Origin: Bdellovibrionales bacterium | GTDB lineage: Bacteria > Bdellovibrionota > Bdellovibrionia > Bdellovibrionales > UBA1609 | Direction of reading: 5' to 3' | DNA length: 64,000 bases | Assembly (NCBI GenBank): GCA_965203095.1 | Contig: OZ241877.1 | Coordinates: 800,001-864,000, forward strand | Part shown: positions 54,036 through 64,000 of the stretch, one piece after another | How positions within the stretch are numbered: the first letter of the stretch is position 1 | Layout: each line of letters starts with the position of its first letter | Position numbers and translations under genes: made by a program | Notes under the pieces: model-generated | Databases searched by the model: none | Seen by the model: only the letters and a program-made list of their open reading frames with translations | What the model was told of the DNA's origin: nothing

Positions 54036-55079
54036 ATGGGGCTTTTAACTCAAATCAGCAAATATTTTAATAAAGACATTGCCATAGACTTGGGCACGGC
54101 CAACACTTTGGTTTTTTCTCCAGGTCAGGGGATTATCTTAAATGAGCCTTCTGTAGTGACAATGCAGAAGGATTTTCAAAACGAAAAAAAAGTTCTGGCT
54201 GTGGGTGCAGAGGCGAAACACATGTTGGGGCGAACACCAGGGAACATTGTAGCTATTCGTCCTATTAAAGACGGGGTGATTGCTGATTTTGAAATCACGC
54301 AACAGATGCTGAAGTATTTTATTTCCAAATCTACAGAGCACTCTTCTTATTTTATCCGTCCCCGGATTGTGATCTGTGTGCCTTATGGGATCACTCAAGT
54401 GGAAAAAAGAGCTGTGCAGGAATCGGCTCTCTCCGCTGGAGCCAGAGCTGTGCATCTTATTGAGGAACCTTTGGCCGCTGCTATGGGGGCTGGGCTTCCC
54501 ATCACTGAGGCTATGGGAAATTTAGTGGTGGACATTGGGGGAGGGACAACAGGGGTAGCTATCATCTCCCTTGGTGGAATTGTGATTTGTGAGTCCATTA
54601 AAGTGGGTGGGGATAAATTTGACGAAGCCATTATCAATTACATTCGCCGGAACTTTAATCTTTTAATTGGAGAGAGAACAGCGGAAAACATAAAAATCAA
54701 ACTGGGGACAGCCTTTTGTGTGGAAAACGATAACAAGAGTTTAGCTGTCAAAGGCAGAGATTTGGTTTCCGGCACACCCAAAACAATCACTCTCAACCGC
54801 TTTCAAGTGAATAAAGCCCTTATGGACCCTTTAGAAAAAATCATTGGAGCCATTCGCCTCGCTTTAGAAAAAACCCCACCAGAGCTGGCTTCAGACATTG
54901 TAGATAATGGTTTGTTTTTAACAGGTGGGGGGGCACTTCTTCACAACATGGATCTTCTGTTGAAAGAAAAAACAGGACTTCCCGTCTCCGTAGCTGAAGA
55001 ACCTCTTTTTTGCGTGGTCCTTGGGGCCGGAAAAACCTTAGATCAATTAGATTTGCTCAATCAAATCACTATTAAATAA
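54036..55079 (+). CDS. mreB: Rod shape-determining actin-like protein
   Basis: IDLGTANT, IRPIKDGVIADF, DIGGGTT, TPPELASDI, LTGGGALL. Confidence 0.96.
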   Translation: MGLLTQISKYFNKDIAIDLGTANTLVFSPGQGIILNEPSVVTMQKDFQNEKKVLAVGAEAKHMLGRTPGNIVAIRPIKDGVIADFEITQQMLKYFISKSTEHSSYFIRPRIVICVPYGITQVEKRAVQESALSAGARAVHLIEEPLAAAMGAGLPITEAMGNLVVDIGGGTTGVAIISLGGIVICESIKVGGDKFDEAIINYIRRNFNLLIGERTAENIKIKLGTAFCVENDNKSLAVKGRDLVSGTPKTITLNRFQVNKALMDPLEKIIGAIRLALEKTPPELASDIVDNGLFLTGGGALLHNMDLLLKEKTGLPVSVAEEPLFCVVLGAGKTLDQLDLLNQITIK

Positions 55080-55155
55080 TTTATCCTCTCTCTTTTTTAT
55101 CGGTAGTCTTATCAGGGAGAGGATTTTACAAATTTATAAAAAAAGAAGGCTGGAG

Positions 55156-56715
55156 TTATTTTTTAGGAATGAGCAATCTTGTCCCTGTTAAAAGTATGGT
55201 TTTGAGGTTCATGGAGTTGGCCTTCATAAGATTTAATAGAGGAATGTTATGTTTTTTTGCAATTCCGATTAAGGTATCTCCTTTGCGAACCACATAATAT
55301 TTTTTGGATTCGTTAGCAGGGGATCTGTGCTTGACCCTTAACTTTTGGCCGGGATGAATGAGCGGAGTCCCTTGTATGTTATTCATTAGTTTAAGTTGTT
55401 TCAAGCTCAAACCATGGAGCCGGGCAATACGGGATAGAGTTTGCCCTCTTCTTACCGTGTGAAATTCTTTTTTAGAGACTTTAGCTTTAGAGGGGGCTAT
55501 TTTAGAGACTGCCAGCTTTCGTGTGGGAATTTTTAATTTCTGCCCGATCCTCAAAAAAGAGCTGTTCCCTAAGCGATTCGCCCTTCGGAGTTTTCTTACA
55601 GTGGTCCGGTGCCGACGGGCAATTCTATAGAGACTATCCCCCCGACGCACCCGATACCAATAATGATAGTGATAACTGTATCGGGGCCGTTTCATCTGGC
55701 TCTTTTCCAAAGAGGCTTGAGCCAAAGCTTGAGAACCTACAGGAACACGAAGGTTGACTTCTCCCTCATAAATAGGCACATATTCCCCTTTATACATAGG
55801 ATTTAAGCTTTTTAATTCTTCCAAAGAAAGGCCAACATTTTGTGCCAGCTTTAAAAGAGATATAGGCTTTTTGACTTTTATCAGCTCATAACTGACTGGT
55901 TCTTGATAGTTCAAATTGTGAAAACCATATTTTTCCGGATCTTTAGAAATATGAATAGCGGCAATCAACTTAGGAATATAGTTTCGAGTTTCCCTGGGAA
56001 GGGCCTTTTTTTCACTCAAAAACCAAAAGTTCCGGTTGTAATGTCTCAAAACGGCCCGATTCACCCTATACTCTCCAGAATTGTAAGCCGCTAAGGCCAA
56101 AGGCCAGGATTCAAATAGGGAAAACAACTCTTTAAAATAATTCCCTGCCGCTCGTGTAGATAAAACAGGATCTCTTCTTTCATCCACAAAACCGTCAATT
56201 CTCAAACCATATCTTTTCCCTGTCCCCTGAATGAATTGCCAATATCCCACAGCATTAGCCCGGCTGAGAGCTTTTGGGCTAAACCCCGACTCAATAAGAG
56301 CTACATAAACTAAATTCTCTGGCAAATGCTTTTCTTTCAAAATGGATTTCATAAGAGGAATATAGCGGGAAGAACGTTCTAAATAGGCTGTCATATACTC
56401 CCGCCCTCGGTCAGTAAAATACTCAATCCAGCGATGAACTGCGGGATGGCTATCTAAGGAAATGTCACCATAAGGGCTTTTATAAGGCTTTTCCAAGCCC
56501 TTATAAAGTTGAGAGGAGCTGGATTCTTTATGAGAAACAGGGCTTTTTGTTTTAATAAAATGAGCACAACTGTTTAAAAAAATCCCGCTCAAGCCTAAAG
56601 TAATGGGCACTAAGTAGATGGTTTTTTTACAAAACTTTGATCCCCGGCTTTTAAATAAGGGAATGAACTTGTGAGTGTTCCCTAATGCTTTGACATATTT
56701 TAAAAAAAATAACAT
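55156..56715 (-). CDS. Lytic transglycosylase with three LysM domains (MltD-like)
   Basis: LIESGF, AVGYWQF, LAAYNSG, ETRNYIPK, three LysM repeats; start uncertain. Confidence 0.88.
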   Translation of the reverse strand: MLFFLKYVKALGNTHKFIPLFKSRGSKFCKKTIYLVPITLGLSGIFLNSCAHFIKTKSPVSHKESSSSQLYKGLEKPYKSPYGDISLDSHPAVHRWIEYFTDRGREYMTAYLERSSRYIPLMKSILKEKHLPENLVYVALIESGFSPKALSRANAVGYWQFIQGTGKRYGLRIDGFVDERRDPVLSTRAAGNYFKELFSLFESWPLALAAYNSGEYRVNRAVLRHYNRNFWFLSEKKALPRETRNYIPKLIAAIHISKDPEKYGFHNLNYQEPVSYELIKVKKPISLLKLAQNVGLSLEELKSLNPMYKGEYVPIYEGEVNLRVPVGSQALAQASLEKSQMKRPRYSYHYHYWYRVRRGDSLYRIARRHRTTVRKLRRANRLGNSSFLRIGQKLKIPTRKLAVSKIAPSKAKVSKKEFHTVRRGQTLSRIARLHGLSLKQLKLMNNIQGTPLIHPGQKLRVKHRSPANESKKYYVVRKGDTLIGIAKKHNIPLLNLMKANSMNLKTILLTGTRLLIPKK

Positions 56716-56763
56716 ATAGCCCTCATAATGCTTTTTTAAATAAAATAAACTGGCATTTTTCCC

Positions 56764-57675
56764 TTATAAAATGGTCTGAATTTGTTGTTGAATGAGAAGT
56801 TTTAAAATCTCTAAAATCTTTTCTTTCTTTTCCCCCGGTTTATGATAAAAATTCACATTTACAGAGTAGTCAAAACCGTCCAATGCAATAATCCTCAATC
56901 GGCCCAACCGGAGTTGTTTGGAAATACTATGAGCTGGTAAAAAACCACATCCTAAGCCGGATTCAATAGCTCTTTTGACAGTGCCCACATTATCGCATTG
57001 AAAGCTCGGCTCAATGGACAGGTTGTGCTCCTTAGCTTTTTTTTGAAAAAGATTTTGGAAAGCTAAATAATGATTTTCAACCTGTATCAGCCTTAGTTTC
57101 CCGATATCTTTAAAGTTCAAAATTTTAGGAAGTGTCAAATCTCTCCCTGCACCCACAAAATGCATACTGTCTTTAAACAGCAAACTTTTTTTAAATTGAG
57201 GAAAATCCCTGCCATACTCTTGCCTGAGATCAGGCATAATCACCGCATCTAAAGCCCCATCTTGCATACGGCGAATAACAGCTTCCCCTGTTCCATAAAA
57301 TAAAGACAGGCACATTTTGCTGTTCAGTTTGAGAAAGTTTCCAATTATTGGGGAGACCAAGTGCAATCCAATGGAGTTAACTGTAGAAACATTGATTTTT
57401 TCTCCAGAAAGCTGAAGGGAAATGGCTTGAATGGAATTTCTCGCTTTTTGAACCAAATTTAAAATTTTGCTGGCAGTTTCATAAAATATTTCACCTTGAA
57501 CTGTGGTTTTTACTTTTCTGGCATTTCGGGACAACAGTTTAACGCCAAAGTCCTTTTCCAACTGTCGAATCTGCTGACTGACTGCCGGTTGAGTGATGGA
57601 AAGCTTACTTGCGGCCGCTGTCATACTTCCTTCTGAAATTACAGTGCAAAAAGTGTAAAGATTTTGAAAATCCAT
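56764..57675 (-). CDS. LysR family transcriptional regulator
   Basis: GSMTAAASKLSITQPAVSQQIRQLE HTH. Confidence 0.93.
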   Translation of the reverse strand: MDFQNLYTFCTVISEGSMTAAASKLSITQPAVSQQIRQLEKDFGVKLLSRNARKVKTTVQGEIFYETASKILNLVQKARNSIQAISLQLSGEKINVSTVNSIGLHLVSPIIGNFLKLNSKMCLSLFYGTGEAVIRRMQDGALDAVIMPDLRQEYGRDFPQFKKSLLFKDSMHFVGAGRDLTLPKILNFKDIGKLRLIQVENHYLAFQNLFQKKAKEHNLSIEPSFQCDNVGTVKRAIESGLGCGFLPAHSISKQLRLGRLRIIALDGFDYSVNVNFYHKPGEKKEKILEILKLLIQQQIQTIL

Positions 57676-57893
57676 GCCTTATGATTTAATCAAAATAGAG
57701 ATAAAAGTCAAATGCTATTTATCGCCGTAAAAAACCAGCTCAAAATTAGAGGAATGGGCTTTTTTTCAAAAAAAATCATAAAATTTTTAAAAAAGGCTTT
57801 ATTTTTATATTTTTTAAGCTATGCTAAATTTTTATAGGATAAAATGTAAAAAAAGGCGAGCGGTTCGCCTAAAAACTTAAACCTAAGGTGATT

Positions 57894-58664
57894 ATGCAAA
57901 AATGGTTTTTTCTTTTAATGGCTTTCTGTTGGACAGCTCAGGGCAAACCCTTTAACAATTCTTATATCAGCTTTGATATACCTGAAACATGGGCCTGTAG
58001 GGCTTTTGGCACAGACTGGGTGTGCCACAGCAAATTTCAAGATAAAAAAGTGGAAGCCATAATCACATCCACTGCAAAAGTGGCTGGGCCTAATGACACT
58101 TTAAACGAATATAAAACCTATCTCCAGCAAGAAAAAACATGGTCCAATATTCGAAAAGAGCAGATCACTTCTGAAAAAATGACACCGGCCAAAGTGATTT
58201 TTATCAATAGATTTCAATGGGTGGACAGCATTCATAAAAATAGTGAGGTGAAATCCTATATCAGTCGCTATGTGGGCACTGTGTGTTGCCAAGGCAAATC
58301 CTCTCAGTTAGGGATTTTAGTGGTTTTGAGTGCCCATCAAGATCATTACACAAAATATTCTAACATATTTATTAAAACAGTTAACAGTTTGAAGGTTCAA
58401 GATATTGATAAAGCGATCTCTAAAGTCCGTGCCCATCAAGGGCAGGCCGAAGGGCAAATGACAGATTACTTAGGGGGCCTATTTGACGATTCCGATGGTG
58501 AGGGTTTAGACGACACAAATGCTACTGATGACAAACTCTTCGGTTTGGACATTAAACAGTTAGGAGCACTGGCAGGAGTTGCTGTTGTCTTTTTTATGTA
58601 TTTCATCATTAAAAAGGGAAGTAAAAAATCTCGTTCGCGAAGAAGGAGGCGGAGGAGAAGATAA
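57894..58664 (+). CDS. Exported hypothetical protein with C-terminal TM anchor and poly-Arg tail
   Basis: Signal peptide, acidic linker, TM 'LGALAGVAVVFFMYFII', tail KKSRSRRRRRRR. Confidence 0.7.
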   Translation: MQKWFFLLMAFCWTAQGKPFNNSYISFDIPETWACRAFGTDWVCHSKFQDKKVEAIITSTAKVAGPNDTLNEYKTYLQQEKTWSNIRKEQITSEKMTPAKVIFINRFQWVDSIHKNSEVKSYISRYVGTVCCQGKSSQLGILVVLSAHQDHYTKYSNIFIKTVNSLKVQDIDKAISKVRAHQGQAEGQMTDYLGGLFDDSDGEGLDDTNATDDKLFGLDIKQLGALAGVAVVFFMYFIIKKGSKKSRSRRRRRRRR

Positions 58665-58698
58665 TCTCCCTATCTCAGTGGGCTTTATAAGCTCAAGT

Positions 58699-60261
58699 TT
58701 ATGAAAATTTATGAGCAATAGGTTTTTTCCAAGACTCTCCTAAATCTTTTTCACTCAACTTTAAAATGATAGGGGCTTGTGCTCTTTTAAATTCCTGTTT
58801 TTGAACAAGATTCTCTATCTCTCTTCCTTTAAAAGTTTTTGGTGTTTGGCCTTGAAGGATCTTTTCAAGCAAAGGATCCAGCTGATGGTAAGGGAGGAGG
58901 TCATCTCTGTCTTTTTGCCGAGGGGCCAACTCAGCACTGGGCTCTCTTAACAAAAGACTGTTAGGAAAAAGTTTTCGTTTTTTATTGATATAACGAGCCA
59001 GATCATAAACTTGGCTTTTCCAAAGGTCGCCAATAGGGCAAAGGGCCCCACACAGATCGCCATATAAGGTGGCATAGCCAACAGCTATTTCACTTTTATT
59101 TCCTGTAGATAAGAGCAAGCTTGAGGATTCGTTGCTGGCAGACATTAAAATTAAAGCCCTCAGCCGGGACTGAATATTTTGAAGAGTCACAGGATTCCGG
59201 CAAGCTCTTTTATTAAAAAACCATTTTAAAAAAACATTATAAAGAGAGTTTATGTCTTTTTCCCTCAGCTCCACTTTCAGTTTATGGGCTATAAGCCGAG
59301 CCATTTTAAAGCTAATGCTTTGAGTGTGAGGCCCCGGTAAAAAATAAACTTTCACTTGCCTTGCCCCTAAGGCCTGAACTGTCAAATAAGTTGTCAGGGC
59401 AGAGTCTAAGCCTCCGCTCAGGCCCAAAATGGCTTTAGAAAAACCTGTTTGAGCAAAAAAGTCCCTTATTCCCAAAACAATAGCTTGCTCCCTGGCCTGC
59501 TGAATGTTTAACAAGCCTCTTACTTTTTGATGAGTCTTCTGAATGGTTTTTCTATTTGAAATATTGAGAATTTTCACTTCCTCTTTAAAAAAAGCCCCTT
59601 GCCATATTCGATCCCCTTGGCAATTTAAAGCAAAGCTGGCCCCGTCAAAAATCAAGCTATCTTGTGCCCCCACACGATTTAAATAAATGGCAGGGCAACG
59701 GTATTGACTTGTCAGATAGTGCATTCTTTTCAACCTGCTTTCTGGCTTTTGATCTGTGTAAGGGGAGGCGTTGATAGCTATTAACAGATCCGCAGGGGCC
59801 TGAGGGGAAACTTGCCAAAGATCTTCACATATCAGTATTTGGATTTTTTGATTATTCCAGAAAAAAAAGTTCTCCTCTGTCCGACCTCTTTCAAAGTAGC
59901 GAGATTCAAAAAATACGCCTTTATCGGGAAGAAACTCTTTTGCAAAAAAAACTGGCTTTTTATTTTTTTCAAAAAGAAAAACCCCGTTTTTCATGCCCTC
60001 TTCACTTTTAATAAAAGTGGGAAGTAAAAGGCCAAAGCCTTTTTTTAAACTTTTGTGGATCCGGTTCAGGTTTTTTTCCTGAATTTTAAAATATTTCTCA
60101 TGGTTTAAAAAATCCTTTGGAGGATAACCCCATAAGCCTCCTTCAGGAAAAACAGCCAATTCCGCTTTGTTCTCAATTTTTTTTAAAATCTTTAAAACTT
60201 GAGAACCATTCTTATGAAAATCCCCAAGGGGAAGTTTCACTTGAGCTAAAGCCAACTTCAT
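58699..60261 (-). CDS. nadE: Glutamine-dependent NAD+ synthetase
   Basis: Nitrilase domain (FPE, ICEDLW) plus SGGLDS, QNIQSR, TGNKSE, GYATLYGD, PSAEL. Confidence 0.93.
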   Translation of the reverse strand: MKLALAQVKLPLGDFHKNGSQVLKILKKIENKAELAVFPEGGLWGYPPKDFLNHEKYFKIQEKNLNRIHKSLKKGFGLLLPTFIKSEEGMKNGVFLFEKNKKPVFFAKEFLPDKGVFFESRYFERGRTEENFFFWNNQKIQILICEDLWQVSPQAPADLLIAINASPYTDQKPESRLKRMHYLTSQYRCPAIYLNRVGAQDSLIFDGASFALNCQGDRIWQGAFFKEEVKILNISNRKTIQKTHQKVRGLLNIQQAREQAIVLGIRDFFAQTGFSKAILGLSGGLDSALTTYLTVQALGARQVKVYFLPGPHTQSISFKMARLIAHKLKVELREKDINSLYNVFLKWFFNKRACRNPVTLQNIQSRLRALILMSASNESSSLLLSTGNKSEIAVGYATLYGDLCGALCPIGDLWKSQVYDLARYINKKRKLFPNSLLLREPSAELAPRQKDRDDLLPYHQLDPLLEKILQGQTPKTFKGREIENLVQKQEFKRAQAPIILKLSEKDLGESWKKPIAHKFS

Positions 60262-60350
60262 AACATTAAAAGCCTCTTTAAAAATAAATTTATATAACTA
60301 ACTTTCATTCTTGAAAAAAAAATTGTTTTAACAGGCTGGTGGAGAGCAGG

Positions 60351-61319
60351 TCATTCCTCTTGCCTCAGCTGTAGGAATTCCACCTCTTCACCTTTTAAAA
60401 CAAAAGGTATATCTTGCTGGACCCAGCCCTCCTGATCGGGTAAAAACTCATAGCGAGCTAATGTTTGAATGACAAAATTATCTAATTCTGTATGCCCAGA
60501 GGATTTTTCTAACTGAATTTGCTCTACAAGCCCCCTTCCTGTCACAAAAAAAGAAATAGAAACCGTCCCCTGCATACCAGCCCTTCGAGCAAAGTCCGGG
60601 TAAGACAAAGGGGGGTTGCCTCTTTTTTGCTTTTTACCTTGAAAATTCAAAACAGGCTCTTCAGGAACTGCTTTTTCTGAAGGAGTGGTTTGAGAAGATT
60701 CCGATATATCTGTGCTTTTTTGTGAAGGACTGGTATTTTTCGCCGGAGCCACTGATGGCGATTCCAACTCAGCTGTTTTTAAAGGAGGGGGGCTGGGTTC
60801 TGGAATTTCTTTCAGCTCTAATTCTATAACAGGATCCGGCACCTTTTCTGGCCCCGGCGGGGTTGTTTTGGGCGGGTCCGGTTCTACTACGAGAGGTGGG
60901 GGAGCTATAACTTTTAAAGGCTTTTTTGGGCTGGGTTCTTCCTTTTTAACGGGAGTAAGCTTATCTTTTATAGGCTTCTTTTCAGCCTCTTCTTCTGCTT
61001 TTATTTTAGGAGGATCCAGCGGGCTTTCAGGCTTTATGGTCTCTGTTTTTGTTGAATCTTTTTGTGGCTTTATGGCTTTTTTTATCTTCTTCAACCATGA
61101 GGCTTTTCCCTCAGATTTTTCCTTCAAAACAGGTTTTGAATGGGGTTGAGCCGTCCATTCCGGTGGAGGAGGGGTAAGGGCTTCTTCCTCTAATTCCTCT
61201 TCTTCTAACTCTGAGACTGGCTGAGGGCCTATCCGGATAGGGTTATAATAAAAATAAAGGGCAATGGCTCCCACCACATGGATGATTAGAGAAGCTATTA
61301 CAAAAGATTTTAATTTCAT
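60351..61319 (-). CDS. TonB family energy transducer
   Basis: N-terminal TM with SxxxH, Pro/Lys/Glu-rich linker, YPDFARRAGMQGTV..SSG..LD. Confidence 0.88.
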   Translation of the reverse strand: MKLKSFVIASLIIHVVGAIALYFYYNPIRIGPQPVSELEEEELEEEALTPPPPEWTAQPHSKPVLKEKSEGKASWLKKIKKAIKPQKDSTKTETIKPESPLDPPKIKAEEEAEKKPIKDKLTPVKKEEPSPKKPLKVIAPPPLVVEPDPPKTTPPGPEKVPDPVIELELKEIPEPSPPPLKTAELESPSVAPAKNTSPSQKSTDISESSQTTPSEKAVPEEPVLNFQGKKQKRGNPPLSYPDFARRAGMQGTVSISFFVTGRGLVEQIQLEKSSGHTELDNFVIQTLARYEFLPDQEGWVQQDIPFVLKGEEVEFLQLRQEE

Positions 61320-61349
61320 AAATCCTCAAGTTTTTATATCCGAGTTAAA

Positions 61350-61937
61350 CTAACTCTCTTCGCACCAAGCTCCTTGATGGTTGAGGCTCAATTCCTTATT
61401 GGAGTCAAGAGTGATAGCCCCTAAAATGAACTGATCACAATCGCACCATGTTGTAGGAGTGGGTGGGCAGGAGGAAAAATCACCCGTAGCCAAAGCATTC
61501 ACCCCAGTTCCTGGTTTACAAGAATTTTTATGAGTATAATTGAGGTCATTGCATATTTCAACATTATCTGTAGCCTTGTTTAAATTATCATTTTTGTAAT
61601 TATAGTAAATCCAGCCTCCTGTCATAGTGCTCGATAGGCTACCTCCTGGGTTGGGGTATTTATTGCAACATATAACCGCCGGGTCACCTGCTGTCCCCAC
61701 CCTGGCCAAAAGCTTACCTTTAGGCCGATAGCCCATGGCATAGATATATTGATGATAATGCCCGTCAGTAGATTTAACCATTTTCATCAAGCGGGATAGA
61801 GCTATCATCTCCACCTTAGCCCAAGTGATAGCACCGGTTTGCTTTTGTTTATTGTAAAACCTCATGCCCACCAATACCAACATTCCCAGGATGGATGTTA
61901 TCACTAACAGCTCCACTAAAGAAAAGGCTTTGCTCAT
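61350..61937 (-). CDS. Type IV pilin-like protein (prepilin N-terminal cleavage/methylation domain)
   Basis: MSKA|FSLVELLVITSILGML; Cys-rich globular domain. Confidence 0.85.
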   Translation of the reverse strand: MSKAFSLVELLVITSILGMLVLVGMRFYNKQKQTGAITWAKVEMIALSRLMKMVKSTDGHYHQYIYAMGYRPKGKLLARVGTAGDPAVICCNKYPNPGGSLSSTMTGGWIYYNYKNDNLNKATDNVEICNDLNYTHKNSCKPGTGVNALATGDFSSCPPTPTTWCDCDQFILGAITLDSNKELSLNHQGAWCEES

Positions 61938-62059
61938 CGGATATTAGACTTTTTGTAAAAACAGGATTTGTCAATAAAAAACCAGAAAAAAGGCCAAGTC
62001 CTCCATTTTTTAAACCGATTGACGAAAGCCACACAAAAGTTTAATAAAGGGGCAAAAGT

Positions 62060-62716
62060 ATGATAAAAGCAATCACTATTGATGGCCCCGCCAGTTCTGG
62101 AAAAAGCTCTCTTTCCCGCTTGCTTTCTAAAAAATTAAATTGGCCTTGGTGGTCTACGGGAGTTCTTTATAGAGGTTTGGCTTATGTGGGCTTTAAAGAA
62201 AATCTCAGCCCACAGGGCTATTTGCACTTTTTTCAATCCAAAAATTGGCATATTCATCTGACCGATTCAAAAAGTCTCTTTTTTTATAAAGGGAGAGATA
62301 TTAGCTCAAAGTTAGACAAAGGGGAAATGGATGAGCGAGCCAGCCTTTTCAGCTCCAACCCCTTGTTTAGGAAGGCTCTTATCCCTGTTCAAAAGCAGTT
62401 TTTCCAGCCCTATTTAAAAAAAGGTATTATTATGGAAGGTAGGGACTGTGGCACTGTCCTCTGCCCCTCAGCCCCATTAAAAGTTTTTTTATCCGCCAGC
62501 TCCATTGAACGAGCCAAAAGAAGAGCTAAGGACAGAAACCAAGATCAGTCCACCGTATTCCAAGCTCAAAAAATAAGAGATAAAAGAGACCAAAATCGCC
62601 CCTTTGCCCCCCTTATCCCTCCAAAAAATGCCTTGTGTTTGGATTCCAGCAAAAAAAGTGCTATGGAGTTGAGCTTTTTAGTTTACAAAAAGGCTCAAAG
62701 TCTTTTTTCTCTATAA
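62060..62716 (+). CDS. cmk: Cytidylate kinase
   Basis: IDGPASSGKS, TGVLYR, EGRDCGTV, RAKRR, RDKRD; precedes rpsA. Confidence 0.92.
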   Translation: MIKAITIDGPASSGKSSLSRLLSKKLNWPWWSTGVLYRGLAYVGFKENLSPQGYLHFFQSKNWHIHLTDSKSLFFYKGRDISSKLDKGEMDERASLFSSNPLFRKALIPVQKQFFQPYLKKGIIMEGRDCGTVLCPSAPLKVFLSASSIERAKRRAKDRNQDQSTVFQAQKIRDKRDQNRPFAPLIPPKNALCLDSSKKSAMELSFLVYKKAQSLFSL

Positions 62717-62720
62717 AAGC

Positions 62721-62749
62721 TTGATTTTCATACTTTTCCCATGTAAAAT
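62721..62749 (+). promoter_or_regulatory. Putative sigma70 promoter of rpsA
   Basis: TTGATT-N17-TAAAAT. Confidence 0.5.
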
Positions 62750-62817
62750 CGTCAAAATATGCTTGCACCAATTTAAAATCCGGGTTAAAAGCCTCAAAAA
62801 ATTAAGGAAAGTAATTT

Positions 62818-64000
62818 ATGTCTTTACCTATTACAGAAAAAAAACCTTTGTCTCAAAAAGACAAATCAAAAATTTTGTCACAGTTGGACGCTTTTGACAA
62901 AAATTTCCCGGCCAATCCAGGCCGTTTTTCCGCAGTTGAAGAATTTAATGAGCAATCCAAAACCATTTTTGATACCGCCTTACAAAATAAAGCCTTCAAA
63001 ACCGGACAAGTGGTTGAAGGACAGATCCTCCAGATCACAGAGGATCATGTGATTGTGGATATTCAATACAAAAGTGAAGGTATTATCTCCCGTTCAGAGT
63101 TTCGCCAAGAGGATCAATTGGAAATAGGCAAAAAAGTAGATGTCTATATAGAGCAAATTGAGGATAGAAACGGCATGGTGGTTTTATCTAAGGACAAGGC
63201 CAATGTTAAAAAAATTTGGCAGGACATTATCCGTGCGAAAGAAAATGATGAGACTATTCAAGGCAAAGTGATCTCAGTGGTTAAAGGCGGGGTGAGTGTG
63301 GATATTGGTATTAAAGCCTTCTTGCCGGGCAGTCAGGCCGATATTCGTCATGTCCGAAAGCTGGATTCCTTTATTGGGCAAACTCTCGATTTTAAAATTA
63401 TTAAAATGAATTACAAAAGAGGGAATATTGTTTTATCCCGAAGGATGATCCTTGAAAAAGAGAGGGAAAAGCTCAGCTCTTCAACAGACATTAAAGAAGG
63501 AGCTGTTGTAAAAGGCATTGTCAAAAACATTACAGATTATGGGGCTTTTGTTGACTTAGGGGACCGAGATGGTCTTCTTCACATTACAGATATGAGTTGG
63601 TCTCGCATTGAGCGACCCGGCCAGTTGGTGCAAGTGGGGCAAGAATTGGAATTGAAAATTCTAAAAATCGATAAAGATAAAAATCGCATCTCCCTTGGGC
63701 TAAAGCAACTCAATGAGAAAAAGTGGGAATCCACAATCGCTAAATATAAAATAGGTTCTGTAGTGAAAGGTAAAGTGTCTTCTATTGTGGATTATGGGGC
63801 TTTTGTCCTTTTAGAAGATGGCTTAGAGGGCTTGGTTCATGTTAATGAACTGTCTTGGTCGCGAAAATTAAAACACCCTTCACATATTATCCAAACAGGT
63901 GAAGATGTAGAAGTTAAAATCATTGACATAAAAAAAGACAGCCGGAAACTGAGTTTAAGCTTGAAACGCACTCAAGAAAACCCTTGGGAAAATCTAAAAA
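62818..64000 (+). CDS. rpsA: 30S ribosomal protein S1 (runs off window end)
   Basis: ATG 62818; YKSEG, AFLPGSQ, NIVLSRR, KNITDYGAFVDLG..DGLLHITDMSW, RISLGLKQL. Confidence 0.95.
   Translation, partial: MSLPITEKKPLSQKDKSKILSQLDAFDKNFPANPGRFSAVEEFNEQSKTIFDTALQNKAFKTGQVVEGQILQITEDHVIVDIQYKSEGIISRSEFRQEDQLEIGKKVDVYIEQIEDRNGMVVLSKDKANVKKIWQDIIRAKENDETIQGKVISVVKGGVSVDIGIKAFLPGSQADIRHVRKLDSFIGQTLDFKIIKMNYKRGNIVLSRRMILEKEREKLSSSTDIKEGAVVKGIVKNITDYGAFVDLGDRDGLLHITDMSWSRIERPGQLVQVGQELELKILKIDKDKNRISLGLKQLNEKKWESTIAKYKIGSVVKGKVSSIVDYGAFVLLEDGLEGLVHVNELSWSRKLKHPSHIIQTGEDVEVKIIDIKKDSRKLSLSLKRTQENPWENLK

Noticed and set aside
60712..61149. 145-aa Gly/Ser/Phe-rich ORF
   Set aside because: Antisense shadow of the Pro/Lys-rich TonB linker

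Overview
AT-rich bacterial chromosome segment whose gene content suggests Bdellovibrionota (Tad/type IV pilins, FHA proteins, myxobacterial-type Ser/Thr kinase; taxonomy is inference). Housekeeping genes include pdxA (partial), divIVA, coaD/rsmD, gyrB-gyrA, coaE, serA, a complete pstSCAB-phoU-phoB-phoR operon, mltG, mreB, nadE and cmk-rpsA (partial). Accessory features are two Tad-pilus-related operons with sigma28-like promoters (tadC-DUF192-3xFHA; kinase plus 3 pilin-like genes), a methyltransferase with an apparently truncated partner nuclease, a GCS2-ligase/M14-peptidase pair, and an island encoding a frameshifted ~1300-aa secreted HExxH protein plus tandem secreted paralogs. The most striking unannotated signal is a modular family of palindromic repeats. 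A 27-nt core occurs five times, always at the apex of a 20-22-bp hairpin whose stem sequence varies but keeps pairing. It nests inside ATTCCC-N8-GGGAAT REP-like doublets, and a ~610-bp array of these modules sits in frame in the predicted cleavable leader of a TadE-like pilin gene. No rRNA, tRNA, CRISPR array or transposase was recognised.
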